Shown here one piece after another: positions 22,517 through 34,313 of a DNA stretch of 64,000 nucleotides (position 1 is the stretch's first letter; each line of letters starts with the position of its first letter). The notes under the pieces are model-generated. The model was not told where the DNA came from and ran no database searches. It saw only the letters and a list, made by a program, of their open reading frames with translations. The translations under genes were made by a program, and so were the position numbers. The stretch covers positions 4,280,001-4,344,000 of the forward strand of contig CM052817.1 of NCBI GenBank assembly GCA_028534125.1, written 5' to 3'. This stretch comes from Lama glama (lineage: Eukaryota).

Positions 22517-25500
22517 GGAATGATGAGTGCTGAAGAAAAGCTCTCAGCAACGTCCTCAGTCAGCGCCTCCCCCAAGGATACCTCGTTTAAAAGCTGCCAT
22601 CCACGCTGGCGTCGGACCAAGCTGAGGTCAGCTGCAGCTTTCTGTGCGGAAGCACAAAGCCCCTTTCGTAGCCTGTGAGTGAATGTGACTCAGACTGGTG
22701 AGCGGGTCACGTGGTGTTTTGTTCCTGGATGATCTTGCTGCCAGCAGCATCTTGCCTTCCTCCCATCACCACCCGGGAAGCCCTGTTCTGTCTGGAAGTT
22801 TCGGGCAAACATGCCGTCTGGTCTCAGCGCCCGCCAGACCCGTGTCTGGTTAGTGATGTTCAAGCTCAGAGAGCACACGGCGCACAAGCTGTTGGGAGAG
22901 GCTTGAACACAGGACGTCGGAGGGTTTACGGGGGATTACAAGCCAGGCCTCTTCTCCCTTGAGTTCAAGATCAATCAGAAAGATGGGAGTTTTTAAAACT
23001 CCCCGCTCTCACTGGTAACAACAGATGAGAGAACGTGGCTTAGGCACAGGGCAAGCTTTCTGACAGCTGGCCCGGAATCAAGGCCTTGGGACCCTTCTCT
23101 AAAGGAGACGTGGGTCTCAGGGGAGAGATGTGCCCCCACCCCCAGCTCTGGGATCAGGGCCCTGTACCTGGGGCTGGTGCAGCCAGGCCAGGGGTGCAGC
23201 GGCTGCGCTTCCCATGGATGTCCTCCTCCCTCTGCCCCAAGGGCTGACTCACTTCTCCCCTGAGGGCTTGCAGGGAGGCAGGAGCCCTGTCCCCACCTCC
23301 CTCCCTCCCTCCTGAAGGGTGGCCCAGCCGTGAGCATTCAGATTCTCACCCTGGAGTGAGGCCCGTAAGTCTGGCCGGACTCTGATGCGGAGTCCGTGAC
23401 CTCACGTGCCTGGAGGCCCCGCAGTTTCCACCCTCATTTCACTCTCCTGCTAGCTGACGAGGACTTGTCGCGTTTTTCATTTACGTGCATGATATGCATA
23501 GCAAATCTTTTTTTTTAAATAATAAGGAAAAACTGGACACCGTGTTCTACAAAAGACACTGGTTCTAAGAGCCACTTATGATGATTCAAAACTGGATCTT
23601 TTTGTTTTATTTTATTCACTTTATGACTGCTTGCACTAGGGCAGTAAAAATGAAAATGTCTTCATTTCTTGTCAAAAAATACGCTTGCTATTTCTGAGAC
23701 CCTGCACGCCCTCCCAGCGATGTCCAAGGACACGCTGCTTTGGTGACTGGCTCTGGGCCGCTGTTGAGGGCCACGCCCTTAGTGGGAGCCTCTACGGTCG
23801 TAGCTTTATCAGGTCTTGTTCCCTCTGTGGAGTCAGCACACACCCCACGGACCTCCACATCCTCTCTCCTTCAGCAAAGTTCTAGTAGGCGCTCACTTCA
23901 TGCCAGGCCCTCCCTATGCTGGGTGAGGACATTTAACAGAACACGTCCCACATAGTGGGATGAAAGAAACAGACAATAGCATCTGTCAGGTGAGTTCTGT
24001 GACAGGAACAAGTAGACATGGGGATCCATGGAGGTCACCTGACCCCATGGACTCAGGAAGCAGTGTGGGCTTCCAGGAGGAGGGGACAGCTAACTCAGGT
24101 CCAAAGGCTAAGTAGCTGTTAGCTTAGTAAAGGCCTGGGGCTAAGGCTGGGGATGGGAGAGGTGGTGATGTTCCGAGCAGAGAGAGCAGCACGTGCGAAG
24201 GCCCTGAGGTGAAAGAAGGCTTAGCTGGTGGCCCAGCTGTGGTCAGGAATGGTGAGGTCTCCTCAGGGGCTTTAAGCAGGAACAGGGAGTTTCCACAGTT
24301 AGATGTGTGTTTTTAAGAGAACACACAGGCTGGTGGGCAAGGAGGGATGTGGGGGTCAGATGTGAGCCTGGAGACTGAGAGGGGGCCTGCGCTAGGTGAT
24401 GGCCATGGAGTGCGGAGGGTGGGTTTTTGAAAATGGGAGGAGATAGAATCCACATTTGGGAAGTGAAGGGGGAGGAGTCATGGTCAAGTTGAGGTGGGCT
24501 TCTTCCCAACAGAGGGAAGTCAGTGAGCCCTCGCTCGGGGCTCTTGTGGCATCAGGGTGTCGGGGGGAGATCTGGGCTGGAGGGGGCATTTCAGAGACAG
24601 TTCAGAGAGGGAGGGAGCATAGGGGAGGGTGGGCCCCCCCAGGGGAGTGTGGAGGAGAGGGGAAGGCCAAGGACAGGGGCTCCGAGAGCTAAGGGCTGAG
24701 AGTCCCGGGTGGTGGGGGAAGAGGGAGACACAGGAAGAGGAAGAGGGTGAACACGTGGCAGGCGAGGGGCTGGGGCATCAGGAAGGCTGGTGGCAGGGAG
24801 GCCCCACAGCAGGGAAGTCAGGTCGTCTGTTGTCCTTAGCAACGAGAAGTTTGAACGTGCACATTTATATATGTTGTTGAACCTGATATCCCCGGACACC
24901 CCTAAAACATCCCCCACAGGGCGTCACCCAGGCACATGTCTCAGGTGGGCCCCTCGTAAAGACACCTACGTGCCCACACCCTGAGAAACAGCTGCCTGCC
25001 TCCTGCCCAAACCTGAGAACAGGCAGCCAGACCCGCCCTCGGCAGGGGCCCACGCACGTGCAATCAGTACCCTCCTGCCCTGGACTCAGCATGCCTGGGG
25101 GCTCTCAGGCCATCATCACCCACTGCATGGCCAGACCTCCCTTCATGCATGTGCCTCAGAGTGTACTGGGCTGCTCAGACACCCCCAGGGGGCTGCAGGG
25201 GTGCAGTCTTGTGGGCTGGGTCTGGAATCCCCACTTCCCACCTGTGTGACCTTGGACAAGTGACTTAACTCCGCTGCCGTTCTTCACCTACAAAATGGGG
25301 TGACACTGCCTCCTCCAGGGGGTGGTGGTGAGGGGGACCAGATGAGGTCCCAGGCATGAAGCCACCAGCACAGCGCTGGGCAGAATCGAAGCAGGGAGGC
25401 TCACCTGCCCGGCTGTGGGGCCCCCAGAGGCACAAACCTACCTTCCACACTCATGTCCCCTACACACTGAATCAGGCATCCCCACCACACACACCCGCTG

Positions 25501-25742
25501 CCTCCATACATACAGGTTCACCTAGGTGTACGTACACATGCGTGTGTACCCATGATCCCTGTGCAAACATCTGTCAGAACCAAAACATCTGTCCAGACTA
25601 TGAAACTCCATTTCAAGGACTACCCGGGGTTGCGGCAGGACCCTCCCCGGGCCAGGAGGCTCCTGGAGGAGGGCCCCTGCACGCTTGGCCCCACGGGCAC
25701 TGCTGCTCATGAGCTGCGCCCTCTGTCCCTACTGTCTTCCAG

Positions 25743-25811
25743 TGGCTGAAGCAGATAGAGGGGACGGAGGCAGCCCTGACCCAGAAGATGCTAGACTTGG
25801 AGAAGGAGAAG
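25743..25811 (+). CDS. JAKMIP1: JAKMIP1 long-isoform exon (WLKQIEGTEAALTQKMLDLEKEK)
   Basis: cttccag|TGG ... AAG|gtaaag; 69 nt. Confidence 0.92.
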
Positions 25812-26562
25812 GTAAAGGATGTGACACCCCGGGGAGGGAGGGGGTTGGGCAGAGTTCAGAGAATTCACTTCCGGGGGAGGCTCTGCGCGTATTTCGTATT
25901 GATTTGCATGCATTTCTAAATTTTGCTTTGTCTTAATTGCTGTTCTGTGTAATTATCATCCATTCACTCAGTCATTCACTTGATACATATTTTTGGAGCC
26001 TCTGCTATCCCGGACACTATGCCAGAATTAAGGGTTCAGTCATGAAGAGCGGGTCCCTGCCTTGCGGGTCTAGTCCGCAAGCCGGTGGGGACCTGTGCTC
26101 ACAGCCACCAGCCACGATGCAGCATGGGAACACTGGGAGGGACACGCCGATGAGACGGAGGCACTTGGCCCGGGGGTTTTGGAGATGCCTGGACTTGGCT
26201 CCCGTCTTCTCTGTGCCCCTTACTGGCCATGTGAGTTCGGGAGCGACACCCTGGATCTCAATTTCCTCATTGCTGGATGTGGGTTCCCAAGTCCGCCTCG
26301 CTGGGCTGCAGGGATGAGACGCTGGACTCACAGCCTGTTTGTGCGCAGGGCTTGGCATGTGCGGGTCCCTGATAAACAGTGCTGGCAACTCTCCCCCGGG
26401 GCTGTGAGCCTACAGCAGGGTCCAGGGATCCGTTTTACCCGACCTGGGGATGTCAGAGAAGGCTTCCCAGAAGAGATGGTTCCCGGGTCTTTGAAGACCA
26501 ATTCAAGTTTTCTAAGTAGAAATGAGAGGTGATGGAGCAAGGAAGACCACAAAGTGTGGAAG

Positions 26563-26970
26563 TGTTACCACCTGGGGTTCTTGGTTTCCTTAATCAATAG
26601 AAATTGATAAGAGGCCAGATGATGAACCAGGCAAGGCTTTCCTGGGGCTCATGCTGCAGCACCAGGGAGCGAGAACAAGTAACAGGGGCCCGTGCTGGCT
26701 CCCTGAGTAGGGGGCGAGCTGGTCCCTTAAATCGGTGAAGGTAGGGGCGGGTCCAGGGGTCAGGGCAGAGGGGTGGTTTAGGTGGTCTGCCTACCCCCTT
26801 GGTGGTCTTGCGTGCAAGGATCGCTGTGCAGGACCCTGCTTTTTCTCCCGACACCTCAGAAATGGCAGCTGGGCTTTGGTCTCTTTGTGTCTTGTTCATA
26901 ATTTGCCCCAACTGCACAGCCACGCAGTTATTTTAAGTCCTTTATAGTTTATTTGTGTTTAGTTGCTCCT
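26563..26970 (-). mobile_element. ERV-like solo LTR
   Basis: Starts tgttaccacctggggttcttgg; LTR-like internal motifs. The 3' boundary is approximate. Confidence 0.5.
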
Positions 26971-27690
26971 TCCATGGTGTGAGCACTGCAGCCCTGGGTC
27001 CCAGGCCCCAGGTCCCAGCCTGTCTCAGAAGCAGCGTTTGGTGTGGAGAGAGCCTTGGACTGCATCACCAGGCCTGGGTTTCTAGTCCCTCCTCTATCAC
27101 TTGGGAACTGTGGCATCTAGGGCCAGGCAGAGGTCCTCTCTGCCCTTCTGTTTCCTCCTCCATAAAATCAAGTGGCTGCCACAGCTGACCTCTAACCCTG
27201 AAACCCCCCAGTCAGTAACAGAAAGCGATCTGCATTCTGGGGAGAGTGTGCCTTCGGGGACTGAGTGGCCAGGAGGCCGAGGGAAGGAGGCGCACAGCAG
27301 GGAGGCTAACCTGGACGGAGGTGACACTGTGGGGAGGAAGAGCGCATCTGAGAACTATTGAGAACAAAGTCTTCAGGCGGCCCCCAGGATGTGACAAGAG
27401 GAATCGAGAAGGATTCCTGCCATCAGGGCTTGGGAACCAAGTCAGAAGGGGTCTCTTCACTGCAGTCGGGCACCCAAGAGGAAGGGAAGCTGGGCTGAGT
27501 CAGGACAGGCTGGATGAAGTTCCCTGGGCTGGTGAGGGGGATGCGTGCAGGGAGAGCAGGGCAGACCTGACATCCCTTCTCATCTGCGCACCTGGCGGGT
27601 CCCCCCTTCAGTGGGACAGTCACTCTCTAGCAAGTGTGAGTGGGTCGGCTCGGAAGGGCTGCGGGGTGATAGGCTCTCGCGCTGATCTGA

Positions 27691-27909
<219 letters not shown>

Positions 27910-29638
27910 TGAAGTGACCGTACAGATACGTTGTCGAGTTTTCCAAACCAGTCATGAGTTTTCAAAAATACTTCCTTAGCTGGATGGCTTCTTTAGACAT
28001 GCTTATTCAGTTCTAGTAATCATTCCAGATGAATGAAAAGAAACTTTTTTCTTATTAATATTTATTTATGCTTAAAAACCAAAGCAAGTTTTACCATAAA
28101 GAGCAAAAAGAGACAGTCACAAAGGAACACAGAGGCAAAGCAGTGAGCAGAGGTCGGGTGATGGACGATCAGAACAAAAGTTGCTTGTTGTGAGGTCCTG
28201 TGGAACGTCGCGCCTGGGCACGGAGCTGGCTCCCGGCTTCCTGATGACTAAGCTGGGGGATCACGTTCGGGATCGTAGGTCACACGGCTTTGAGGACGCT
28301 CAAGGCTGAGTGGTTCCGGCACTGAGGGAAATTCCCCCTTGGAGGGGGATTGACATAATGGGAGAGGGTGCATTTCTAGGACATCCCCACAGCCGAGAGG
28401 CTTTAAAGTTCTTTGCTGCTCTTTGTACAAAGTCTGGGGCAAATCTTTGCCCAGATTGTTTGCAGTTACAATCGTTTTACAAGGTGGGTTTGTACCTAAG
28501 TCAATAACCAAAAGTCAACTTCCAAACCCCACTTCCATGCAGACAGAGAGCAGGAGGCTGGGCTTAGCATGGGTGGGAGAATCTGGGAGTCAAGGCTGGC
28601 CCCCTTCACCATGACCCTTGGCCCTTCGTGTCCAGGCTCCGAAGCTTGAATCCCCAGGGCTGGGAGCTCCATGTGGATCCTTGGCTGTGTTTCCCAGGGA
28701 CGACCACTGGGGTCAGGAGAGGGGAAGCCGGTGCCTGCTGGCTAAAGTTGATCCTGGCCTGATGGACCCGGGATTCCTCTGGGGAGTTAGCACAGCTGGA
28801 CAAAGGCAGAGAAGGCTGCAAGAGCAGGCGGCCACAGCCGCAGAGGGCTGCCCGGGTTGGCCCCCTGCCTCCGGCTGCCTCCTGCCTCTTCCTGGCAACT
28901 TCCATCAGAAGTGGTGCTTGGTCTCCAGCATCCTGGGAAGAGAAGGAGCCATTCCAGCAAGGGATGCGGGTGGGAGTTACGGAGGCAGAGAAGGAGGGGA
29001 TTCTCTCTTTTGTCCCTAAATATTCCTATCGGGTCTCTATGCTGAAGCGTCTTGTCATAAAGTTGAAAAGAAAGAACTTCCTCTCATGATCAAAACTCCG
29101 AACTTTCACAAGGGTCCCTCCCGTGGCCACTGATCTCTCATGTGCTTCGCTGACCAGGGGGGGTCTTGCTTTCCCGGGGGAGGCAGCAAGGAGAACACCG
29201 TGCCTGTTTCCTTCGGGTTGAAATGGCATTCCTACCCAGACAGCTGAATGCCAAGTGCCTGCAGCTTGAGGCATTTCCCCACTATATTCATGATAAAAGG
29301 GGAGACTTGTTCCTCAGGTCGGGGCAAGGATAAAATCAAAACCAGCTGAATCACATTTTAGGGGCGGTCATGACTACTTCTTGTTGTCCTGACCCCCTCT
29401 GTTACAGAGTAGGGCATCTTGAGTGAATGATGTAGGACATGGACTCAAAGCTGTGTGCATGGGGCTGAAAGGGGCTCCCTCAACCCCCTACGACCACCCC
29501 CGCGACTTCTGGCCCCACACACCTCCCCTCCCTGCCCGAGACCCCACTACCCCTTGGCTTCCCTCGGCTGCAGGGTCCCAGTGGTTACTGTTCACCCCTC
29601 TGTGACCTCCCACTGTCTGTGTGATTTGGGCCACTCAG

Positions 29639-29842
29639 AAAATCCAGGAGCTGGAGGCCACTCTGTACAACGCGCTGCAGCAGGAGCCGGGGCGGAGGGC
29701 CAGCGAGGCGCTGAGCGAGGGCCAGCGGGAGGACCTGCAGGCGGCTGTGGAGAAGGTGCGCAGGCAGATCCTGCGGCAAAGCCGGGAGTTCGACAGCCAG
29801 ATCCTGCGGGAGCGCATGGAGATGCTGCAGCAGGCCCAGCAG
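29639..29842 (+). CDS. JAKMIP1: JAKMIP1 long-isoform exon (KIQELEATLYNALQQE...RERMEMLQQAQQ)
   Basis: actcag|AAA ... CAG|gtagag; 204 nt; coiled-coil peptide. Confidence 0.92.
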
Positions 29843-30000
29843 GTAGAGGCGGGGCCGTGGGGGTAGGGGTGGGACCTGGCGGGTAGGGGCGGGGCCGTGG
29901 AGGTAGGGGTGGGACCTGGCGGGTAGAGGCGGGGCCAGGGAGGTAAGGGCTGGACCTGGCAGATAGGGGCAGGGTCTTGGCAGATAGGGGCGGGGCCCCA
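29843..30000. repeat. G-rich minisatellite (40-bp unit made of two 20-bp subunits) starting at the exon donor
   Basis: gtagaggcggggccgtgggggtaggggtgggacctggcgg-type units at 29843, 29883 and 29923, then a decayed unit. Confidence 0.9.
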
Positions 30001-31099
30001 GCAGGATGGAGATGGAGAATTTGCAGTGATGATGACGAGCATTATAGGGAGATCCAGGAAGGGCCATTTACAGGGAAGAGGTGGGTGGGGGAGAGGTGGA
30101 GGGCAAAAAAGGAGGGACTTATGGCCAGTTACCATCAAACGAGATCTTGCACAGGGCTACAGGCATGGGGTGTTTGCATCCAAAGACATTGTCACTGAAC
30201 CATCTCAGTTATGGTCACACATTGCTAGTGAAGTCACCTGAGGTGGCCCCAGCCTGATGGTGGGTGGGGAGCCCAAACACAGAACAGACTCTGACCATTT
30301 AGTGTAGCTGGGGTCTGCAGTCAGTGGGCACAAAGTGTGGAGGGGTGCGGGGGTGGGGGTCCCTTCCCAGGGGAGGGGCCAGCTGAGCCAAGTTTTGAGG
30401 ATAAGTAGAAGCCAGGCGGGCGTCAGGGGAGCAGCATTTCAGACAGCAGCACAGCAGTGCAGTCACCGCTGGGGTAGCAGTGGTTGAAAGCACAGACCCT
30501 GGGACCAGGCAGCCTGGCTTAGAACCCTGTCCTCCCACTTATTAGCTGTGTGGCCTTGGACCAGTGACTTAATCTCTCTGGGCCTCACATTCCTCTTGGG
30601 GATGGTAATGATGCCTGCTCATTGGGACGGTGTAAGGTTTCGGTGAACTATTCCGTGTGAAGTGCTCTCAGCAGGGCAGGCGGCTGTTATTACTGCCCCG
30701 TGAGTGTAGACTGTGAGCGGGTGTCGCAGGAACAGGACCCACGGGGCCCTGAGCTGGGGCCTGGTTTAGCTCATGCCCAGCCCTGAGCCTTGTTTTCAAG
30801 ACTTGCTGACTAAATGTGAGTGAAGGGGTTGATTTCACATTCCACAAATCCAGCTGAAAGCAGACCATTTGTGTCTTTGAACCAAAAAGTCATTACTCGC
30901 CTGAGGCTCCAGATCTCATGAAGGTGCTGGTTACAGTCTAAGTCTGAACGTATGACGGGCCAGTGAGCACACCCTGAAGACCAAGGGCAGCGCTGCGTGT
31001 GGCCACGCCCCGCGGGAAAACACCGTGACCCACAGGCTAAGAGAAATGGGGAAAGGGGCTCAAGTGATTTTTTTAAGAAAAAAAAAAAGCAGAAAGTCA

Positions 31100-31243
31100 G
31101 GGAAGGTATAGGGTATGGCTCAGTGGTAGAGCACGTGCTTAGCATGCATGAGGTCCCGGGTTCAATCCCTAGTACTTCCATTAAAAAAACTAAATAAATA
31201 AACCTAATGCCTCCCACCCAAAAAAAAAAAAAAACCCAAAAAG
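31100..31243 (+). mobile_element. tRNA-Ala-derived SINE (Vic-1-like), copy 1 of a tandem pair
   Basis: ggctcagtggtagagcacgtgcttagcatgcatgaggtcccgggttcaatccc, then taaataaataaaccta and poly(A). Confidence 0.85.
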
Positions 31244-31269
31244 AGAGAATTTAAAGGCCATATTTTTAG

Positions 31270-31400
31270 GTGGAGGGTGGATATAGCTCAGTGGTAGAGC
31301 ATGTGCTTAGTATGCACACAAGGTCCTGGGTTCAATCCCTGGTACCTCCATTAAAAACAAACAAACAAACAAACTTAATTACGTCTCCCCTACAAAGATA
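31270..31400 (+). mobile_element. tRNA-Ala-derived SINE (Vic-1-like), copy 2
   Basis: tagctcagtggtagagcatgtgcttag...gggttcaatccc with an (aaac)n tail. Confidence 0.85.
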
Positions 31401-32079
31401 ATATTTTTAAAAAGACTGAAAGCAAGCCATGTGGCCTGCATGGGCAGCTGGAGGACTGGCTTCTCTTAGGGAAGAAAGTCATTTAAAATACAGGGGTTTC
31501 TGAGAGTTTGTGTAAGATCGCAGGGACAAATCACTTCCTCATATGCTCCCCTCGGCCTGCCCTGTCCATTGCACGTACCTGCGCGGGGAAAGGTGATTAA
31601 GAGCTCGACCCAGCTCTGGGAACGGCTTTTCCTTTATCTCGGCATCATTTTCAGATTGGTTGAGAATTCTGCTGGAGGTCAATGGTAGACACCCTTCCTC
31701 CCCTTGTATAGGGAGGCTGCCCTCACTCTTACTGAACTGTGCTGGTATCAGCCGGTATTGGATGATACATCGTTCTGAGGCATTGATGAGACGTGCAGGT
31801 CGATCACTGAGCGCCTGGTGCGGGGGGGTGGCCAGTGGAAGGGGGTCTCCTTTTTCATAATAACACACATGGATGTCAACACTCAGGCCAGCCTCCTGTT
31901 CTGTCCAACCCTGGCTGCTGAGTGTGGTCCATGGATGTCATCTGGGGGCTGGCCCCACCCCAGACCTACTGAATCCTGTTACTGCCTTTAACAGGATTCC
32001 CAGGTGACTTCTGTGCAAGTTAAAGTTGTCAAATGTTAGTTAGTCTTAGAGAGACACGGCTGTGATTTACAAATGGGTC

Positions 32080-32410
32080 TAAGTGTCTGCCAAAACCAAA
32101 CGCCACAGACAGCGTGGCTTCGACAGCAGAGGCTGGCTGTTTCGGTTGCTGGTGAGGGCTCTCTTCCCGGCTTGCAGACAGCTGCCTTCTCTCTGTGACC
32201 CCAGGTGGTAAGGAGAAGGGAGAGGGGCTAGAGCAGGGCAAAGACGGAGGGAGAGAGAGAACATCCTTTTCTTATAAGACCACCAATCCTACCAGGTGAG
32301 GGCCCCACCCTGTGACCTCATTTAACCTTATAACCCTGTCTCCAAATACAGTCACACTGGGGCTTCAACACAGAACTGGGGGGGCGGGGGGTGCAATTAA
32401 GTCCATAGCA
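32080..32410 (-). mobile_element. MLT1 (ERVL-MaLR) solo LTR
   Basis: cttataagaccaccaatcc...gggccccaccctgtgacctcatttaacc...tctccaaatacagtcacactgg motifs. Confidence 0.7.
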
Positions 32411-33113
32411 AGGTCCCATGACTTGTTTGGCTTTGTAAGGAAATGAGTTTGCATGCATTTTGCATGGATTTGCTTAAACCCTCAGATGTGGGTGCCACTA
32501 TGACCCCCAATTTACAGATAAAGAAACCAAGGCCGGAGGGGTTGAATCACTTACCCAAGGCCACACATCTGAGAGCAGAAGTATTTTTCACGTCTCTTCT
32601 GTGCCAGTCCATCCTCTGCTTTGCTGCCCAGCGTGACCTTTCCAAAATCTACATCTCATCATCTCCCTGCTTAAAACCCTTCACTAGCTCCCAGGACACC
32701 CCCAGATCTTCAGGCTTCTCATTGGGACATTCCAGACTCTCTGAGCTCTGCTCCCCAACCCTGCACCCCAGCTGAGGGCAGACACCATTCCTTCCGCCTG
32801 AAGTTTCCTTCCCTCTTCTGCACCTGGAAAACCGCTGTGCACTGGGTTCTGCGCCTCCTCTGGGCCCCCCAGCCCGCACTTCAGCTCCTTACACCCCTCA
32901 TTTCTCTGCTGTGTGACCTTCCCTGGACACCCAGATAAAACAGCACCCCGTCCCTTCCCGACCCCTGCCTGCCTTTCTCCACGACACCTGTGCTCATCTA
33001 GTGCACCGTCTGTGTATTTGTGTAACGCCATAGTCTGAGCCTGATTGGACCACAGACTCCGCGAGGCCCCGGGCCAGCTGAGGCATGTTCGCTGAGTGGG
33101 TGGGTGTGCCCAC

Positions 33114-33288
33114 AGTGATGGTTCTCAGAGTGAGGTCCCCGGACCAGCAGTGTCTGCATCACCCGGGAATCAGGAAATACAGCCTCTCAGGCTCCACCCC
33201 AGAACTGCTGAGTCAGAAACCCTGGAGTGGGGCCCCAGGGACCAGCAAGGCCTTCAGGTGATGCCGACCTGAGTTTGAGGAATCAATG
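33114..33288. mobile_element. MER5A-like hAT-Charlie non-autonomous DNA transposon
   Basis: ggttctcagagtgaggtccccggaccagcag...ctcaggctccaccccagaactgctgagtcagaaac...gtttgagga resembles the recalled consensus. Confidence 0.7.
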
Positions 33289-33614
33289 CATAGGAGGCTT
33301 CCTGGGGCCCGATGAGGGGTCCACATGCTTAGTTCTGGCTGACCGGAATTGCCTGCCCTTCAGCCTGACAGCATCCCCCAAGGAGTGAGGTCTCCACCTG
33401 CATCAGGTCTGGCGAGGCTGCAGCCAGCTGGGCAGCTGCCTGGGGTACCAGCACTTGAAGGGTGACGAAGTGCTATTGGATACATGGCAAACTGGACAAG
33501 GTCACACTTGCCAGCCCCTGCCCCCCGCCCCGGGTGGAATGCTGTGTGGAACTGGATGGAATGGACTGATAAGCCGCCGAGGGTGGCTGTGAGCCCCAGA
33601 GGACACTGGCCAAG

Positions 33615-33726
33615 TAGGTGACCAACTGTCCCTGTTTGCCCAGGACTGAGGGGTTTCTCCAGACTCTGGACTTTCAGGGCTAAAACCAGGAATGTCCCGG
33701 GCAAACTGGGACAATTGGTCATCCTA
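33615..33726. mobile_element. MER81-like hAT MITE with terminal inverted repeats
   Basis: taggtgaccaactgtccctgtttgccc ... gggcaaactgggacaattggtcatccta form inverted termini. Confidence 0.75.
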
Positions 33727-34247
33727 AACCAAGAGCTAAGGGGGCTTCTAAGAATCTGGGCGGACACTGCAGGCATGCCTACCTCCGGCACTCACTTTCT
33801 CAGTCTCATCTCCCAGGCTCCCGGTAAATAAACCTTGAACAAGTACATCATTTGATGCTACTTCGAATCCACGATCTTCATTAGCCGCCCAGAGCACCTC
33901 CGTGTCTTGGTCTGGCCTTGATGTTCAGGCTTTATGAAGACCCTGTCCGAGGATACACACTGCATACTTCCACTGCTATGCACGTCGAGAACAGGGGAGA
34001 CCTACCTCTAGTGATGGAGGTCAGAACAGCATCCCGTGGGGCCTGCGGGAGCCTCCTGGGTGCTGGAGAGGCCTTGCTCTTGGTCCAGGGGGTGGAGAGA
34101 CGGGCCTGCCCGTGGACAAAACTTGGCCGAGCTGCCCACTTAGTATTTGTACTCACTGCTTGTGGGCTGCCCTGCGGTAAACAATGAAGCATAGGGTTGG
34201 AACCTGGAAATTTTACTTTTTTTGATACAGAACCTAATGTGTTTCAG

Positions 34248-34313
34248 AGAATCCGAGAACTGGAGGATAAGCTGGAGGTCCAGAAGCGACACCTGAAAGA
34301 GCTGGAGGAAAAG
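34248..34313 (+). CDS. JAKMIP1: JAKMIP1 long-isoform exon (RIRELEDKLEVQKRHLKELEEK)
   Basis: gtttcag|AGA ... AAG|gtaggc; 66 nt. Confidence 0.92.

Noticed and set aside
29843..30000. CRISPR-like array or other prokaryotic system
   Set aside because: A tandem minisatellite without unique spacers; the whole window is mammalian intron-exon sequence.
31110..31185. tRNA-Ala-like sequences (also near 10090 and 31280) as tRNA genes
   Set aside because: Degenerate stems and AT-rich/poly(A) tails indicate SINEs.
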